This document shows positions 9,701 through 20,853 of a DNA stretch of 64,000 nucleotides, piece by piece (position 1 is the stretch's first letter; every line of letters starts with the position of its first letter). The DNA lies in assembly GCA_050287085.1 (NCBI GenBank), contig JBNKBE010000004.1, positions 254,722-318,721 on the forward strand, given 5' to 3'. The DNA comes from Polyangiaceae bacterium. Lineage in GTDB: Bacteria > Myxococcota_A > Polyangia > Polyangiales > Polyangiaceae. The position numbers and the translations under genes were made by a program. The notes below the pieces were generated by a model. That model worked only from the letters and a program-made list of their open reading frames with translations, had not been told where the DNA came from and made no database searches.

Positions 9701-11275
9701 GGAGTCACGCTGATCTCCCCACCCCCTCATCACGATATCTATTCGATCGAGGACTTGGCTCAGCTGATTTTCGACCTCAAGATGTCGAACCCGTCTTCGA
9801 GGATCAGCGTTAAGCTCGTTGCGGAGGCGGGTGTTGGCACGATTGCCGCGGGCGTCGCAAAGGCACATGCCGATGTGATCTTGATTTCCGGTCATGACGG
9901 TGGAACCGGCGCCTCTCCCCTGACGTCGATCAAACACGCTGGCACGACGTGGGAGCTCGGACTCGCTGAAACCCACCAAGTGTTGGTGCTAAACGACCTC
10001 AGAAGCCGGGTAACGCTGCAGACCGACGGTCAATTGCGCACAGGTCGAGACGTCGTGATTGCCGCGATGTTGGGCGCAGAGGAGTTTGGGTTTGCCACGG
10101 CGCCTCTGGTTGCCACCGGCTGTATTCTGATGCGCAAGTGCCATCTCAACACGTGTCCGGTCGGTATCGCGACTCAAGACGAGGCGCTGAGGAAGAAGTT
10201 CGCGGGTAAGCCAGAACACGTCGTCAACTTCATGTTCTACGTTGCCGAAGAGGTGCGCCAGATCATGGCTGAGCTAGGATTCCGCACCGTCGACGAGCTT
10301 GTTGGGCGAGCCGATATGTTGACGATGCGCGAGACGGAGCATTGGAAAGCCAAGAGCTTGGATCTTTCGGCCTTATTGCGCCGCGCGGACGCCGGTCCAT
10401 CGGTTGGCACCCGCAAGCAGCAAGAGCAGGACCACGGTGTCGACCGAACGCTCGACGTGGGGTTGCTCCAGCGCTGCGCCCCGGCCCTGGAAAGCGGAAC
10501 TCCCGTGGAGTTTCGCCAGCGCATTTACAACGTGGATCGGACTGCCGGGACCCGTCTATCGGGCGAAGTAGCACGTCGCTACGGTGCCAAGGGACTTCCG
10601 CCGGGCACCATTCGCATCCACTTTCACGGCACAGCGGGTCAGAGCTTCGGCGCCTTCCTAGCTACGGGCATGGAGTTCCACCTTTCCGGTGACGCCAACG
10701 ACTACGTGGGCAAGGGCCTATCGGGTGGCGTCATCAGCGTAAGACATGCCGAGGGAAGCCCCTACCCCAGTCACGAGAACATTCTCATCGGCAATGTGGT
10801 GCTCTACGGTGCGACGGCAGGTACCGCCTTCTTCGCGGGCATCGCGGGTGAGCGCTTCTGCGTTCGCAACAGTGGTGCCACAGCGGTGGTCGAAGGGGTG
10901 GGAGACCATGGTTGTGAGTACATGACGGGCGGCACCGTCGTCGTGCTTGGAAGCGTTGGTCGCAACTTCGCCGCCGGAATGAGCGGCGGGCTCGCATATA
11001 TCTTGGACAGCGACGGGATGTTCTCAAAGCTCTGCAATCACGAGATGGTCGATCTCGTGGCTCCGACCGCGGAGGAGCTCGAACATGTTCGTCATCTGGT
11101 GCAGGAGCACGTGCGCCACACCCACAGCGGTCATGCGCAGCGACTGCTGACGGATTGGGACGCGACGAGTAGTGCGTTCATCAAGGTGTTCCCCCACGAG
11201 TACCGGCGTGTGCTGGAGCTGGGTCGGGCGCGCACCGAGTCCACAGTTCCACAGAGTCTGCGAGCGTCCACCTGA
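6767..11275 (+). CDS. gltB: Glutamate synthase large subunit
   Basis: EHDACGFGF Ntn-Cys, [26 protein letters not shown]-barrel [14 protein letters not shown], Fe-S motif [15 protein letters not shown] and C-terminal GXGXG domain. Confidence 0.98.
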   Translation: MPMPPSTGLYDPRFEHDACGFGFVADIKGRASHEIVRKGIQILVNLVHRGACGCDPLTGDGAGLLLQIPDEFFRAKTRDLGIELPPVGQYGVGFVFLPRDPVKRRACEQTLEDRILGTGQKVLGWRDVPVDEQKCGTLARQSMPTMRQIFVGSTCADQDTFERKLYVIRKWAENTVAQEGTGGHLYLPSLSSRTIVYKGMLLAEQLEQFYLDFADESMTSALAMVHQRFSTNTFPAWELAQPFHLLCHNGEINTVRGNVAWMRAREQLFEDVGFGEDAAHVHPIITPDASDSASLDNAVEALFHGGRGLPHVMMMLVPEAWQHDPLMTQEKRDFYEYHSCLMEPWDGPAALAFTDGRCIGAILDRNGLRPARWLITQDDLVVMGSESGVLEFNPTDVVRRGRLEPGKMFLVDLEAGQVIEDAAIKGQLAARKPYGEWLKNNTIRIADLNAPGLAVPEETLPLTQLQRVFGYTLEDLRLLIGPMAANGAEATGSMGTDTPLAVLSDEPQLLYNYFKQHFAQVTNPPIDPIREEMVMSLRTYIGPEGNLLQELPDQAQRLELPHPIITNADLARLREANVFQQRKPPTLEMLYTVADGEKGLKKCLDELCRQASVAIQEEHSFVIISDRGASAERAPVPALLATAAVHHHLVRAGTRMRIGIIVETGEAREVHHFCLLTGFGAGAVNPYLAFDTISDMVRSGALPGTTDVAAAQVAYTKAINKGIKKVMSKMGISTLQSYCGAQIFEAIGLASDLVERYFTGTASRISGLGLDGLAQETSVRHAQAFPRGGRPQLGLGGNYHFRAQGERHLWSPRVVGALQRAVRLEDAKSYEEYRDLINDQARGPITLRGLLTFRSSTRSIPLTEVEPAKEIVKRFTTGAMSFGSISAEAHETLALAMNEIGGKSNTGEGGEKPDRFHDGRRSAIKQVASGRFGVTIHYLVNSDEIQIKIAQGAKPGEGGQLPGHKVNGIIAKTRNSTPGVTLISPPPHHDIYSIEDLAQLIFDLKMSNPSSRISVKLVAEAGVGTIAAGVAKAHADVILISGHDGGTGASPLTSIKHAGTTWELGLAETHQVLVLNDLRSRVTLQTDGQLRTGRDVVIAAMLGAEEFGFATAPLVATGCILMRKCHLNTCPVGIATQDEALRKKFAGKPEHVVNFMFYVAEEVRQIMAELGFRTVDELVGRADMLTMRETEHWKAKSLDLSALLRRADAGPSVGTRKQQEQDHGVDRTLDVGLLQRCAPALESGTPVEFRQRIYNVDRTAGTRLSGEVARRYGAKGLPPGTIRIHFHGTAGQSFGAFLATGMEFHLSGDANDYVGKGLSGGVISVRHAEGSPYPSHENILIGNVVLYGATAGTAFFAGIAGERFCVRNSGATAVVEGVGDHGCEYMTGGTVVVLGSVGRNFAAGMSGGLAYILDSDGMFSKLCNHEMVDLVAPTAEELEHVRHLVQEHVRHTHSGHAQRLLTDWDATSSAFIKVFPHEYRRVLELGRARTESTVPQSLRAST

Positions 11276-11303
11276 GGCCCAAGAGCGAACGAGAGATACC
11301 AAC

Positions 11304-12752
11304 GTGGGAAAAGTAACTGGCTTCGTCGAGTACCAACGCAAGACCGCTGAAAAGCGCGCCGTAAGAGAGCGTGTCCGGGATTATCGGGAGTTTGAACTTC
11401 CGGTTCTCCAAGAGGAGTTACAGCGGCAGGGAGCTCGCTGCATGGACTGCGGCATTCCCTTCTGCAACACCGGTTGTCCCCTGGGGAACCTGATCCCGGA
11501 CTGGAATGACCATGTGTACCGCGACGATTGGGAAGCGGCTATCGCGTCGCTGCATGCAACCAACAACTTCCCTGAAGTGACCGGGCGAGTCTGTCCGGCG
11601 CCTTGTGAAGCGGCTTGTGTGCTCAACATCAACGACTCTGCGGTTTCCATCAAGTTGATCGAGAAATCGATCGTAGACCGTGCGATTGAGGCCCATGGCT
11701 TACCCCCAGAGCCGACGGCACCGAAGACCGGCAAGAAGGTGGCGGTGGTGGGCTCCGGTCCTGCCGGCCTGGCGGCGGCGCAACAGCTCTGTCGCGCCGG
11801 CCACGACGTGACTGTCTTCGAGAAGGACGATCGTCTCGGAGGCTTGCTGATGTACGGTATCCCCGACTTCAAGCTCGAGAAGCGCGTCATAGAGCGGCGG
11901 ATCGAGCAAATGAGACTCGAAGGGGTCGTCTTCCGCACTGGTGTGAACGTGGGTGTAGAACTCAGTGCCAGCACCCTCCGAAAGGACTTCGATGCGATCT
12001 GTCTGGCCGGCGGCTCGCGCGTTCCGCGTGACCTGCCCGCCAAGGGACGCGAGCTCAAGGGTGTCCATTTCGCGATGGACTTTTTGGAGCAACAGAACCG
12101 CCGGGTTGCGGGAGACAAGATCCCCAAAGCGATGGAAATCGTGGCCACCGACAAGCACGTGGTTGTGATCGGCGGCGGTGATACAGGCAGCGACTGTATC
12201 GGCACATCCCATCGTCAGAACGCCAAGAGCGTGACCAATTTCGAGATCATGCCAGAGCCGCCTGCGACTCGCAGTCCCGCTGTGCCGTGGCCATTGTGGC
12301 CTTTGATGCTGCGCACGTCGTCCAGTCACGAAGAGGGGGGCGAGCGTCGCTTCAGCGTGATGACCAAAGAGATCGTCGGAAAAGCCGGCAACGTGGCGGA
12401 GCTGAAGTGTGTGGAAGTACAGGTCGTCGACGGCGCCTTAACGGAGGTCAGTGGCTCCGAGTTCACCCTGCCTGCGGACTTGGTCTTGCTCGCGATGGGT
12501 TTCGTTCATCCCGAGAAGACCGGACTTCTGGAACAGCTTGGAGTCGAGCTGACGGATCGCGGGAACGTCAAGGTCGGAGACAACTTTGAAACCTCCGTGC
12601 CCGGCGTTTTTGCTGCCGGTGACATGCAGCGCGGACAGTCGCTGGTTGTGTGGGCGATCACCGACGGTCGCAAGGCGGCGCGGGCCATTGACGAGTACTT
12701 GACCGGGAAGTCCGAGCTAGAAACGTCACGAGCCGCTGGGGTCATTCGCTAG
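11304..12752 (+). CDS. gltD: Glutamate synthase small subunit
   Basis: [10 protein letters not shown]...[49 protein letters not shown] start at 11304. Confidence 0.97.
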   Translation: MGKVTGFVEYQRKTAEKRAVRERVRDYREFELPVLQEELQRQGARCMDCGIPFCNTGCPLGNLIPDWNDHVYRDDWEAAIASLHATNNFPEVTGRVCPAPCEAACVLNINDSAVSIKLIEKSIVDRAIEAHGLPPEPTAPKTGKKVAVVGSGPAGLAAAQQLCRAGHDVTVFEKDDRLGGLLMYGIPDFKLEKRVIERRIEQMRLEGVVFRTGVNVGVELSASTLRKDFDAICLAGGSRVPRDLPAKGRELKGVHFAMDFLEQQNRRVAGDKIPKAMEIVATDKHVVVIGGGDTGSDCIGTSHRQNAKSVTNFEIMPEPPATRSPAVPWPLWPLMLRTSSSHEEGGERRFSVMTKEIVGKAGNVAELKCVEVQVVDGALTEVSGSEFTLPADLVLLAMGFVHPEKTGLLEQLGVELTDRGNVKVGDNFETSVPGVFAAGDMQRGQSLVVWAITDGRKAARAIDEYLTGKSELETSRAAGVIR

Positions 12753-12831
12753 CCACCTCTGAAGCCACACCCCGCTGGGGTTTCGCGTGCCGAGGTCGGG
12801 GCGCGGTACCTTGGCGGGCTCCCCCACGGCG

Positions 12832-13599
12832 TCAGCGTCCGTCTTCGAAGCCCGAAACAATAGCGGCGCGGACGCGTTCCATGGTGTCACGGATCGACGC
12901 CTGCGCGATCTCCTCGGGCGAGATGGCGGGATGTATCCGCACTGATACGTCGCGGCCACGGTGGACCTGCCGGTCGCCGGGGCAGTGCACGTCGTGAGTT
13001 CCCCGCACTGTAACGGGCAGAATGGGGACCCTCGCCGACTTGGCGAGATGAAAGCCTCCGGTCTTGAAAGCTCCCACTGTGCCATCGGTGCTGCGGGTGC
13101 CCTCGGGGGCAATCCATACCGAGAGCCCCAGCTGTTTGAGGCGCTGCTCGGCGTTGCCCAGTTGGGTGATGGCCTTGCGCCGAGCCTTGCGATCGATTTC
13201 AACAAAGCCCGACTCCGTCATCGCACGTCCCATCAAGGGAATCGAGAACAGCTCCTTCTTGGCGATCATTCGCAATGGGATGCCTGTTGCCTGAAACACC
13301 ACGGGTATGTCGTAGTGGCTCTGATGATTGCTCATCACGATGTAGGGCGTGCCGTCCGCGATATGCTCCCGACCTTCTACCTGCATTTTGATTTGGGCCT
13401 GCGCGACGAGTCTCTTTGACCAGCTCGCAAGCCGTGCATTGCAAGCGGCCATGTCGGTGCGCCCGATGGCAGCCTGGAGGATGGTGGGAACGCTGATGAC
13501 CGCGGTTTCCCACGCGGCTTGAGCTAAGATCCAATATCCCATGAGCGCTGTGTAGCGGGTGCGCTGGCCTGCGTCTTCATGCAGCGCAAGCGGCGCCAA
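12832..13599 (-). CDS. plsC: 1-acyl-sn-glycerol-3-phosphate acyltransferase (PlsC family)
   Basis: NHQSHYD (HX4D) motif, APEGTRS, FKTGGF; start could be 13542. Confidence 0.85.
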   Translation of the reverse strand: MAPLALHEDAGQRTRYTALMGYWILAQAAWETAVISVPTILQAAIGRTDMAACNARLASWSKRLVAQAQIKMQVEGREHIADGTPYIVMSNHQSHYDIPVVFQATGIPLRMIAKKELFSIPLMGRAMTESGFVEIDRKARRKAITQLGNAEQRLKQLGLSVWIAPEGTRSTDGTVGAFKTGGFHLAKSARVPILPVTVRGTHDVHCPGDRQVHRGRDVSVRIHPAISPEEIAQASIRDTMERVRAAIVSGFEDGR

Positions 13600-13662
13600 G
13601 CTTGGCGTCCGGCCATTCGGTGGCAGCGTTCCTTCCCCAGGGGTATGGGCAGCAGGACCAGC

Positions 13663-15261
13663 CTAGGGCTGGATGTGGACCAGGGTTCCCTGCGCAAATG
13701 TGTTGCCGGCATCACTCCCGTGCCAGTGCTCTGGTACGTCCGGCGTCGACCACTGAAAGACGTAGCGCGCGTCTATCGGCGATAGGTTAACGCATCCGTG
13801 TGAACGCGGCCGCCCGAAGTCGTCGTGCCAGTAGGCTCCGTGAAGCGCGTAGCCCCCCTTGAAGTACATGACCCACGGTACATCCCGTAGCTCATATTCC
13901 TTGTCGGCCGCGTTGGAGTCCATCGTTGTGGTGACGTGCTTCTGGTATATACGGAAAGTACCCTGGGGGGTGCTGAGGGTCGTATCGGGGTCAGCTAGGC
14001 CGTCACGCCCCGTTGACACCAAGGTCGCGTAGACGGGCGTTGCTCCTTCCCAGAGCACCAGGCTTTGGTTGAGCAGAGATATCTGGATCCAGCGCCGGTC
14101 CCCCGTGGCAAACCACGGCAGGTCTCGCGGCTTGGTCGCGGTTTTAACATCCGCGCTACGAACCCATAGGCCCCCCTGCACTTCGGCCATCCGCACCCCA
14201 CCCAGGCGCCGCACTTTTCCGGTCAAGGCCAAGAACTCTCGGGGCTTGAGTCGCTGTCCGCGCGTCAGTTGCCCGTTTTCGTGGCGCCAGAGGGAAGCCC
14301 CCGGCTTGTAGGCGAATGCCACGGGCAGGCCAATCTCTCTCAGGGCCACGCCGTGGAAGGCAGATGCGGCGTCCGGCTTGAGCTTGTCTGCGGGGATGAG
14401 CCGACCGTCTGTTGTTACCGAGAAGCCGCGTCCCCCAGCGCGCTCGTCGGCCTTGAAGCTCGTTAGCAGCGCGACGCCCGCGTGGCGTTTGATGCGTCCC
14501 GCCATCACCGCGTAGGCGGGGGCTCGAAATTCCGAAACATTGGCGATATGGCGTTTCCCGTCGGCAAGCCACCAAGGAGCGGTCGCCTCTTCGCTCCCTC
14601 CGAGGCGCTGCAGCAAGCTTGCGGACTGTGGTTCGGTGGGTGGCTCCCCTGCCGCCAAGCCGTCGGTCGAAAGTGGCACATCATTGGCCCCCACCTCGAC
14701 TTGGTTCCATTCGCTGGCGAACTTCTTGAAGTTACGCAGGTGGCGTCCGAGGCGCATTTCGCGCCGTTCCTGTTCCGCTTTGTCTGGAACGCGCAAATAG
14801 TTCGGCGCGGTAGCCCGCACGAACGCGTAGGCATAAGGCATGGCCTGGTCGCGCTTGGGTTCCTGGGTGAAGGCACGAACCAGTGGGTCCTCCATGTCCA
14901 AGGTCACTTGGTCGTCAGCGCAGACGTAGCCAACCGGTCGCACGGCGTACCATCCTGCTGGACAGTCCTGTCGGGATACGGGTTCGGGGGAGCGAGCAAC
15001 GCGAGCGCCGAGCCGCAGGTAACCAATCCGCTTAGCCCCGGTCTCGGGACGCTCGTGGACGATAACGGCCAGCGCTGTGGGGGCGAGAAAGGGGCCATCG
15101 GCGTCCGGCACCGGGACTTGGGCTAGCAAGTCGAGGGGCAACTCCGGCGTCACGTCTCTTGAGTGTGTGGTGTCGGGTAGCTGGGCCGGCTCCTGCGCGC
15201 ATCCCGCGGTCAACGCCAACAGGCCGCTCCAGATTGCTGCGATAGGGCTAGGACAACGCAT
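13663..15261 (-). CDS. L,D-transpeptidase (YkuD domain) lipoprotein
   Basis: Lipobox LTAGC; VSTG...TPQGTF and HGAYWH...SHGCVNL catalytic motif. Confidence 0.9.
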   Translation of the reverse strand: MRCPSPIAAIWSGLLALTAGCAQEPAQLPDTTHSRDVTPELPLDLLAQVPVPDADGPFLAPTALAVIVHERPETGAKRIGYLRLGARVARSPEPVSRQDCPAGWYAVRPVGYVCADDQVTLDMEDPLVRAFTQEPKRDQAMPYAYAFVRATAPNYLRVPDKAEQERREMRLGRHLRNFKKFASEWNQVEVGANDVPLSTDGLAAGEPPTEPQSASLLQRLGGSEEATAPWWLADGKRHIANVSEFRAPAYAVMAGRIKRHAGVALLTSFKADERAGGRGFSVTTDGRLIPADKLKPDAASAFHGVALREIGLPVAFAYKPGASLWRHENGQLTRGQRLKPREFLALTGKVRRLGGVRMAEVQGGLWVRSADVKTATKPRDLPWFATGDRRWIQISLLNQSLVLWEGATPVYATLVSTGRDGLADPDTTLSTPQGTFRIYQKHVTTTMDSNAADKEYELRDVPWVMYFKGGYALHGAYWHDDFGRPRSHGCVNLSPIDARYVFQWSTPDVPEHWHGSDAGNTFAQGTLVHIQP

Positions 15262-15647
15262 CGTTGTCCCCTGCCAGAAGGATAGCGAGTCGGCCCAATA
15301 TTCGGCAGGCGATGGCCTACTGCCGAAATTTGATCTCCTAGTATTCCATCCGCCCCTCCGGGCGCTGATCTCTGTTGGAATAATTCTGGCACCTTCTGCG
15401 GCCTAGGATGGTACTGTGCGAGACGCCCACGGCCCAGAGGGTGCGTCCCGCGCTGTCTGTCGCTAGCTGGGAACGTAGAGGCGACCCCAGTGGAGCCGCC
15501 TTAGGGAATGCCTCACGTCGAGGCATTGCCACAAGCTCGGAGTGGCGTGCGCGGCACGCCGCCGTCAGGCAACCCGATGGCCCTGCGGATTCGCCCTCCC
15601 CGCTCACCGAGAAGAACCGCTTTTATTCACCAAGACAGACGGAGCCC

Positions 15648-16943
15648 ATGTCAACGCGCGACACACTCACGATCACGGACAACCGAACCGGCAAGACCTA
15701 CGAACTGGCCATCACCGACGACACGATTCGGGCGCTGGAGCTTCGCCAGATCAAGGTTGAAGCATCGGATTTTGGAATGATGACCTACGACCCGGCGTTC
15801 ACGAACACCGCCTCGTGCCGTTCCTCGATCACGTATATCGACGGGGAGCGAGGCATTCTCAAACACCGCGGCTATTCGATTGAGGACCTCGCTGACAACT
15901 GCACCTTCCCGGAAGTCGCCTACCTCCTCTTCAACGGCGATCTGCCGAACAAAGATCAACTCGCAGATTTCGGCACTCGCGTCGCTCGCGCGCAGACCAT
16001 CCCGGACAACTTTCGGTCAATGATGAGCACCTTCCGTTACGACGCGCACCCCATGGGCATGCTGGCCGCCAGTGTTGCTGCCCTGGGCACATTCGCGCCC
16101 GAATCGAAGGATGTTCTCGATGCCGACATTCGTCGTCAGCACATGATCGCCTTGACCGCGAAAATGCCGACGCTCGGCGCATGGGCATATCGCCACATCA
16201 AAGAACTGCCCTTCGTCGATCCGGATCCGGAGCGGCCCTACACCGAGAACTTCCTCGCGATGCTGAAGCAGGCGGGCGCCTCCAAGTACGTCGCAGATCC
16301 TGACGTTGTGAGAGCGATGGACGTCCTATTCATCCTGCACGCAGATCACGAGCAGAACTGTTCGACCAACACCATGCGTGCGGTCGGAAGCTCCCACGCC
16401 GATCCCTATTCAGCTGTTTCAGCGGCCTGTTCCGCACTCTATGGCCCGCTGCACGGCGGTGCCAACGAGGCCGTGTTGCGGATGCTCCGACAGATTGGTA
16501 CAGCCAGCGCCGTCAAGGACTTCATTCAGGGAGTGAAGGAAGGCACTGGCGGGCGTCTGATGGGCTTCGGGCATCGGGTGTACAAGAACTACGATCCGCG
16601 TGCCAAGGTCATCAAGAAGCTAGCTGACCGAGTATTCGAGATCCTGGGACGGACAAACCCACTGCTCCAGGTGGCTCAAGAGCTGGAGAAGCACGCGCTA
16701 GAGGACGACTACTTCGCAAAGCGCAAGCTGTATCCAAACGTGGATTTCTATTCTGGTCTCATCTACGAGGCCCTGGAGATCCCTGTCTCATTGTTCCCGG
16801 TCCTTTTCGCCATTCCGCGAACTGTCGGTTGGCTGGCTCAGTGGGAGGAGATGCTCGTCGATGCTGATCAGCGCATCGCGCGACCGCGTCAGATCTACAC
16901 GGGGCACGTAGAGCGCAAGGTTGTGCCCCTGCCTCAGCGCTGA
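15648..16943 (+). CDS. gltA: Citrate synthase
   Basis: YDPAFTNTASC, LHADHEQNCST, GPLHGGANE, MGFGHRVYKNYDPRA, YPNVDFYSG; ATG at 15648. Confidence 0.97.
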   Translation: MSTRDTLTITDNRTGKTYELAITDDTIRALELRQIKVEASDFGMMTYDPAFTNTASCRSSITYIDGERGILKHRGYSIEDLADNCTFPEVAYLLFNGDLPNKDQLADFGTRVARAQTIPDNFRSMMSTFRYDAHPMGMLAASVAALGTFAPESKDVLDADIRRQHMIALTAKMPTLGAWAYRHIKELPFVDPDPERPYTENFLAMLKQAGASKYVADPDVVRAMDVLFILHADHEQNCSTNTMRAVGSSHADPYSAVSAACSALYGPLHGGANEAVLRMLRQIGTASAVKDFIQGVKEGTGGRLMGFGHRVYKNYDPRAKVIKKLADRVFEILGRTNPLLQVAQELEKHALEDDYFAKRKLYPNVDFYSGLIYEALEIPVSLFPVLFAIPRTVGWLAQWEEMLVDADQRIARPRQIYTGHVERKVVPLPQR

Positions 16944-16971
16944 GGATTCGGTCGATCTCTGTCCGTCAGTG

Positions 16972-17012
16972 GAACCCCGCGGAGAGTGCTCTTGCGGGGT
17001 TCGCTCTTTTGT
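16972..17012 (+). terminator. Probable intrinsic terminator after gltA
   Basis: GAACCCCGC/GCGGGGTTC stem followed by GCTCTTTTGTT. Confidence 0.5.
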
Positions 17013-17081
17013 TCTGCCCGGATCACATGCGACGCGAGGGTTGCTCAGTGTGAAGCCCTAAGTCTAGACTGCCACGGCAAC

Positions 17082-17414
17082 ATGTCACCTTCCGATCTGG
17101 TCTCACTTCTCCGCTCGCGTTTGCAGCGCTCCCCGGCGACGGTGGCGACGGACGATGTGCGGACTGTTGTCGTGGCCTTCAACGACGGCGACCCCGTCTG
17201 CACCCTGTGTTTCGAGCCGGAGCCTCGAGTCGTGGAGAACGAGCCGGCGCCCGCACGCGCGTGCTGGGTTCGGCTCACCGGCTCTGACTTTGAGCGGCTG
17301 CTTCGCGATCGTTGCAATGTCCAGCAGCTGCTCTTCAGCGGTCACTTGGAGGCCGACGGGGAGCTGCTCTGGCTCCGAGAGCTGAACAAGCTCGGAGGGT
17401 GTCTTGATGCCTGA
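17082..17414 (+). CDS. Small SCP2 (sterol-carrier)-like protein
   Basis: C-terminal VRLTGSDFERLL...NVQQLLFSGHLEADGE resembles the SCP2 pattern; overlaps the pheA start. Confidence 0.5.
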   Translation: MSPSDLVSLLRSRLQRSPATVATDDVRTVVVAFNDGDPVCTLCFEPEPRVVENEPAPARACWVRLTGSDFERLLRDRCNVQQLLFSGHLEADGELLWLRELNKLGGCLDA

Positions 17415-18270
17415 GCCCCGAATATATTATCTCGGCCCCGAGGGAACATTCTGCCACGCGGCGGCTCTCTCCCGCTTCGGCACCCGCGCTCCTCTGCAGG
17501 GTTGCCAGGACATTCCGAGTATCTTCGAGGCTCTGGCTCAAGACAGCAGTGCCAAGGCGATCGTACCCATCGAGAATACCACGGAGGGCACGGTGAACAT
17601 GACGCTCGATGCGTTGCTTCGCTACCCAGACTTGACCTTCGTGGGTGAGATCATCGTACCCGTGGAGCAATGCTTGCTGGGCTTGGGTTCGTTCGAGACG
17701 ATCGATGCGGTCTACTCTCATCCCCACGGGTTAGCTCAGTGCCGGGGCTGGTTGCGCGCCCATCTACCTGCGGCTCGCCTGGTGAGCAGCGGCTCGACCG
17801 CGCTTGCGGCTCAGCGCGTCGCCAATATTCCGACCGCTGCGGCCATCGCGAGCGAGCTCGCCGGCACCTACGCGGGTCTTTCCGTACTGGCGCGCGGGAT
17901 CCAAGACGGTCTCAACAACAAGACGCGCTTCATCGTACTTGGGCACTCGCGAGCCCCCGCCAGCGGCGCGGACAAGACAAGTATCGTGTTCGGAGCACCA
18001 CACGAGCGCGGGGCTCTGTATCGAACGCTCGGCATTTTCGAACGCGAGGGATTGAATCTCACCAAGATCGAATCCCGCCCCATGGCGGGAAAGAACTGGC
18101 AGTACGTGTTCTTCGCTGATCTGGAGGGTCACCGAGACGAGGCACCCGTGGGGCGTGCGCTGGCCCAGCTGGAGCGGAATGGACAGCTGCTTCAGTGGCT
18201 TGGAAGCTATCCCCGCGCTCTGGAAACTGCCAAGTGCGATGACGCGGTGTCTCCTGCTGTCGATGGCTGA
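17407..18270 (+). CDS. pheA: Prephenate dehydratase (PDT + ACT, no chorismate mutase domain)
   Basis: YLGPEGTFCH, VPIENTTEG, YSHPHGLAQC, NKTRF, NLTKIESRP. Confidence 0.93.
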   Translation: MPEPRIYYLGPEGTFCHAAALSRFGTRAPLQGCQDIPSIFEALAQDSSAKAIVPIENTTEGTVNMTLDALLRYPDLTFVGEIIVPVEQCLLGLGSFETIDAVYSHPHGLAQCRGWLRAHLPAARLVSSGSTALAAQRVANIPTAAAIASELAGTYAGLSVLARGIQDGLNNKTRFIVLGHSRAPASGADKTSIVFGAPHERGALYRTLGIFEREGLNLTKIESRPMAGKNWQYVFFADLEGHRDEAPVGRALAQLERNGQLLQWLGSYPRALETAKCDDAVSPAVDG

Positions 18271-18302
18271 AATCGATTCGCTAGTTCCGATCCGGCCCCG
18301 GG

Positions 18303-18349
18303 TCGTCGGGTCACGGCCTCGTCGGGTCACGGCCTCGTCGCGTCACGGC
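18303..18349. repeat. 16-bp tandem repeat x~3 (TCGTCGGGTCACGGCC)
   Basis: Directly visible, between the convergent pheA and terB-like genes. Confidence 0.85.
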
Positions 18350-18382
18350 GGTGCAGCGACGTGTAGAGGCCTGCGAGAGCTC

Positions 18383-18751
18383 TCAGGAACGGTCTGGAAT
18401 TGGCAACGCCAGCAACGCGGACAGTCGCTCTACCATCCGGCGCTCGTGGCTCTCTTCTACACCGTCCACCCTCATTAGCAGGGCCGCGTTCTCCATCAGC
18501 AGCTCGCGCTCATCGACGCTGAGTTCTTCGCTCTCGAGGTGCGGCACTTGGGACGGCGAATTGCGCATCCTCGAGAGCTGTAGCTCCTGCTCTTCGCTAG
18601 CATCGAAGCTGCACATCAGGCCCTCGATGACGCCCCATTCCTCATCCGCGACGCGCCCATCCGCCTGGGCCAACGCGATCAAGTATTCGATGATTCGGTG
18701 CTGTCGTTCGTCCACGGAGAGATCTTCCTGCGCTTCCGAAGCGCGACACAA
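18383..18751 (-). CDS. TerB-like (tellurite resistance/DjlA N-terminal-like) protein
   Basis: LIALAQADGRVADEE...LMRVDGVEESHERRMVERLSALL duplicated ADG/VDG motif; start uncertain. Confidence 0.75.
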   Translation of the reverse strand: MCRASEAQEDLSVDERQHRIIEYLIALAQADGRVADEEWGVIEGLMCSFDASEEQELQLSRMRNSPSQVPHLESEELSVDERELLMENAALLMRVDGVEESHERRMVERLSALLALPIPDRS

Positions 18752-18845
18752 GTCGGCCCGCGCGGCGAGGTGCGGCGCGGGCCTGGGCCATGTGTTTCAG
18801 CTTCTAGGGGCCCGCGACTGACTTTCCATCCGCGGACCCTAGGTA

Positions 18846-19538
18846 TCAGTCTCGATTCATGAAGATTCGCAGCACATACCAAAACATCATCGCGACGGAG
18901 GCGAAGAGCTGCAGAGCGGCTCCCACGTAGCGATCTTCCGGATAGTGCCGGATGACGTTGGAAGTGTCCCACAGGATGGCGATGCCCGCCAAGCCCACCA
19001 TGGCCACTGAGAAGAACGTGCCGAGCTGAAATCCGAACAGGACGCCCGCCACGATGGCCACCAGGGACATGATGAGACCCCACTTGAGAATGCCACCCAG
19101 AAAGGAGAAGTCCTTGCGCGAGACAAAAGCCACCGCGGTCAATCCGCTGAAGCCCAGGAGAGTCACCGTAGCGGCGCTCCCGATGGCGCCGGGCGCGCTG
19201 TATTCCGCCAAGAACAACATCGGGCAGAAGATGATGGCTTCAGCTACAACGTAAGCCGCCAAGCTCCCGTATTGGGCGACTTTGGACGCTGAAGTGTGGG
19301 CGAAGTGGGTCGCGATCATGCTGATGACGATGAAACCGCCCAACACCAGCAGCCAGTTGCCACTCAGCAAGGTCTGTGCGATCGGTTCGGCGAGCCCACT
19401 CTGAAATAGCGCTACCTCGACCAAGGTGAACGCCAGGATGGCTCCAAAGAGATGCCCGTAGGTCTTCGCGATGAAACGAGCTCGGGACTCGACGGCACCG
19501 CCGGTGCCGATGCGCGATCGTGATTGTGCGTACTGCAT
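18846..19538 (-). CDS. Bax inhibitor-1/YccA family membrane protein
   Basis: RARFIAKTYGHL, about 7 TM helices, RKDFSFLG, ILWDTSNV...YVGAALQLF. Confidence 0.9.
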   Translation of the reverse strand: MQYAQSRSRIGTGGAVESRARFIAKTYGHLFGAILAFTLVEVALFQSGLAEPIAQTLLSGNWLLVLGGFIVISMIATHFAHTSASKVAQYGSLAAYVVAEAIIFCPMLFLAEYSAPGAIGSAATVTLLGFSGLTAVAFVSRKDFSFLGGILKWGLIMSLVAIVAGVLFGFQLGTFFSVAMVGLAGIAILWDTSNVIRHYPEDRYVGAALQLFASVAMMFWYVLRIFMNRD

Positions 19539-19722
19539 GGTTTTGCTCCGTGTTCGGTGAATGATAGGCATTGAGCGCCCGTGCGGCAAGACCTGCCCCC
19601 CGCTGAAAGGGTATTCAGCCGGCTGCGAGCGGTGAGAAGGCGAATACGGCCTCAGGGCCCGCGGAGGGGAAAGTCATACTGAGCCGGCCGAGCCTCCTGC
19701 TCTGGCGGGCGGGCTCGGCGCC

Positions 19723-20775
19723 TCAGGCGCGCAGCAGAACCGAGCCCCAGTGTAGGCCCGCGCCAAGCGCGAACACACACACCAACTGTCCCGCTTGGAT
19801 CTCGGAGCGCTGCCGTAGCTCGTCGATAAGAATCGGAATGGTCGCGCTGGAGGTGTTGCCGTAGTTCTCGATATTGCTAGGCATTTTGGCCTCCTCCACC
19901 CCCAGTCGAGCGCGTACGACTTGATTGATGCGGGCGTTGGCTTGGTGTCCAATGAACCAATCGACCTCACTCAAGTCGACGCCCGCCCGCCTGCAAACGC
20001 ACTGGATCGACTCTGGCAGCTTCGTGATAGCGTTCCGAAACACCTCGCGCCCATTCATGCGGGGAATGAAGCGCTCCTGGTCCAAGTCCTCCTGACGCGC
20101 GTAGGGTCTCCGCGTGAAACCCGCGGGGATCAGCAGTTCTGCGGCCAGCGTGCCGTCCGAGTGGATGTCGGTGGCGATGATCCCGCATTCGCGCTCAGCG
20201 CGCTCGAGCACCAGGGCCCCCGCTCCGTCGCCAAACAAGATAGAGAATCCACGGTAGCGGTTGGCGCGCGCCCATGCTTCGGGCGCTGGGGGCCCGTCCC
20301 GCTCTCCCGATAGAATGTCCCAGTCTATCCAAGGCATGAGCGAAGCGTGGTTCTCGGCTCCGATCACCAAAATGCGCTGCGCCGCGCCGGCCGCCAGCAG
20401 TGAGTCCGCCAACTGAAAGCTGTACAGCATCGCAGCACATTGCGCCCGCAGGTCCAGGGCGGGCACAGGTCCGAGCCCGAGTGCTGCTGTCAGCAAGGGC
20501 CCAGACCCGGGGAATAGATGATCCGGCGTCATCGTGTTGAAGAGAACGTAATCGATGTCCGTCGGTTCGAGGCCCGCGTTGGCGATCGCTCGCTGCGCTG
20601 CGGGGACGGCTAGGGCACCAACTCCCATACCCTCCCGGCAATAGTGCCTGTTTCTAATCCCCGTACGCTGGTAGATCCAGGCGTCGTTGGTTTCCATGAC
20701 CCGCGCAAGCGCATCGTTGTGGACCGGCTCCCCTGGAAGGAAGCGGCCGCTACCCGTGATGGTAACTCCTGCCAT
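19723..20775 (-). CDS. fabH: 3-oxoacyl-ACP synthase III (FabH family)
   Basis: WIYQRTGIRNR, catalytic Cys in AQCAA, FGDGAGA, HQANARI, YGNTSSA. Confidence 0.88.
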   Translation of the reverse strand: MAGVTITGSGRFLPGEPVHNDALARVMETNDAWIYQRTGIRNRHYCREGMGVGALAVPAAQRAIANAGLEPTDIDYVLFNTMTPDHLFPGSGPLLTAALGLGPVPALDLRAQCAAMLYSFQLADSLLAAGAAQRILVIGAENHASLMPWIDWDILSGERDGPPAPEAWARANRYRGFSILFGDGAGALVLERAERECGIIATDIHSDGTLAAELLIPAGFTRRPYARQEDLDQERFIPRMNGREVFRNAITKLPESIQCVCRRAGVDLSEVDWFIGHQANARINQVVRARLGVEEAKMPSNIENYGNTSSATIPILIDELRQRSEIQAGQLVCVFALGAGLHWGSVLLRA

Positions 20776-20853
20776 TTTGTTAGCGATAGATACGCGACCT
20801 GTGCCGTTTCAGCTTTGGGGTCTACACCGCCGGCTGCAAAAGGTGCCAGTAAG

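Noticed and set aside
15387..15400. TGGCAC...TGC as a sigma54 promoter for gltA
   Set aside because: GG-to-GC spacing is two bases too short.
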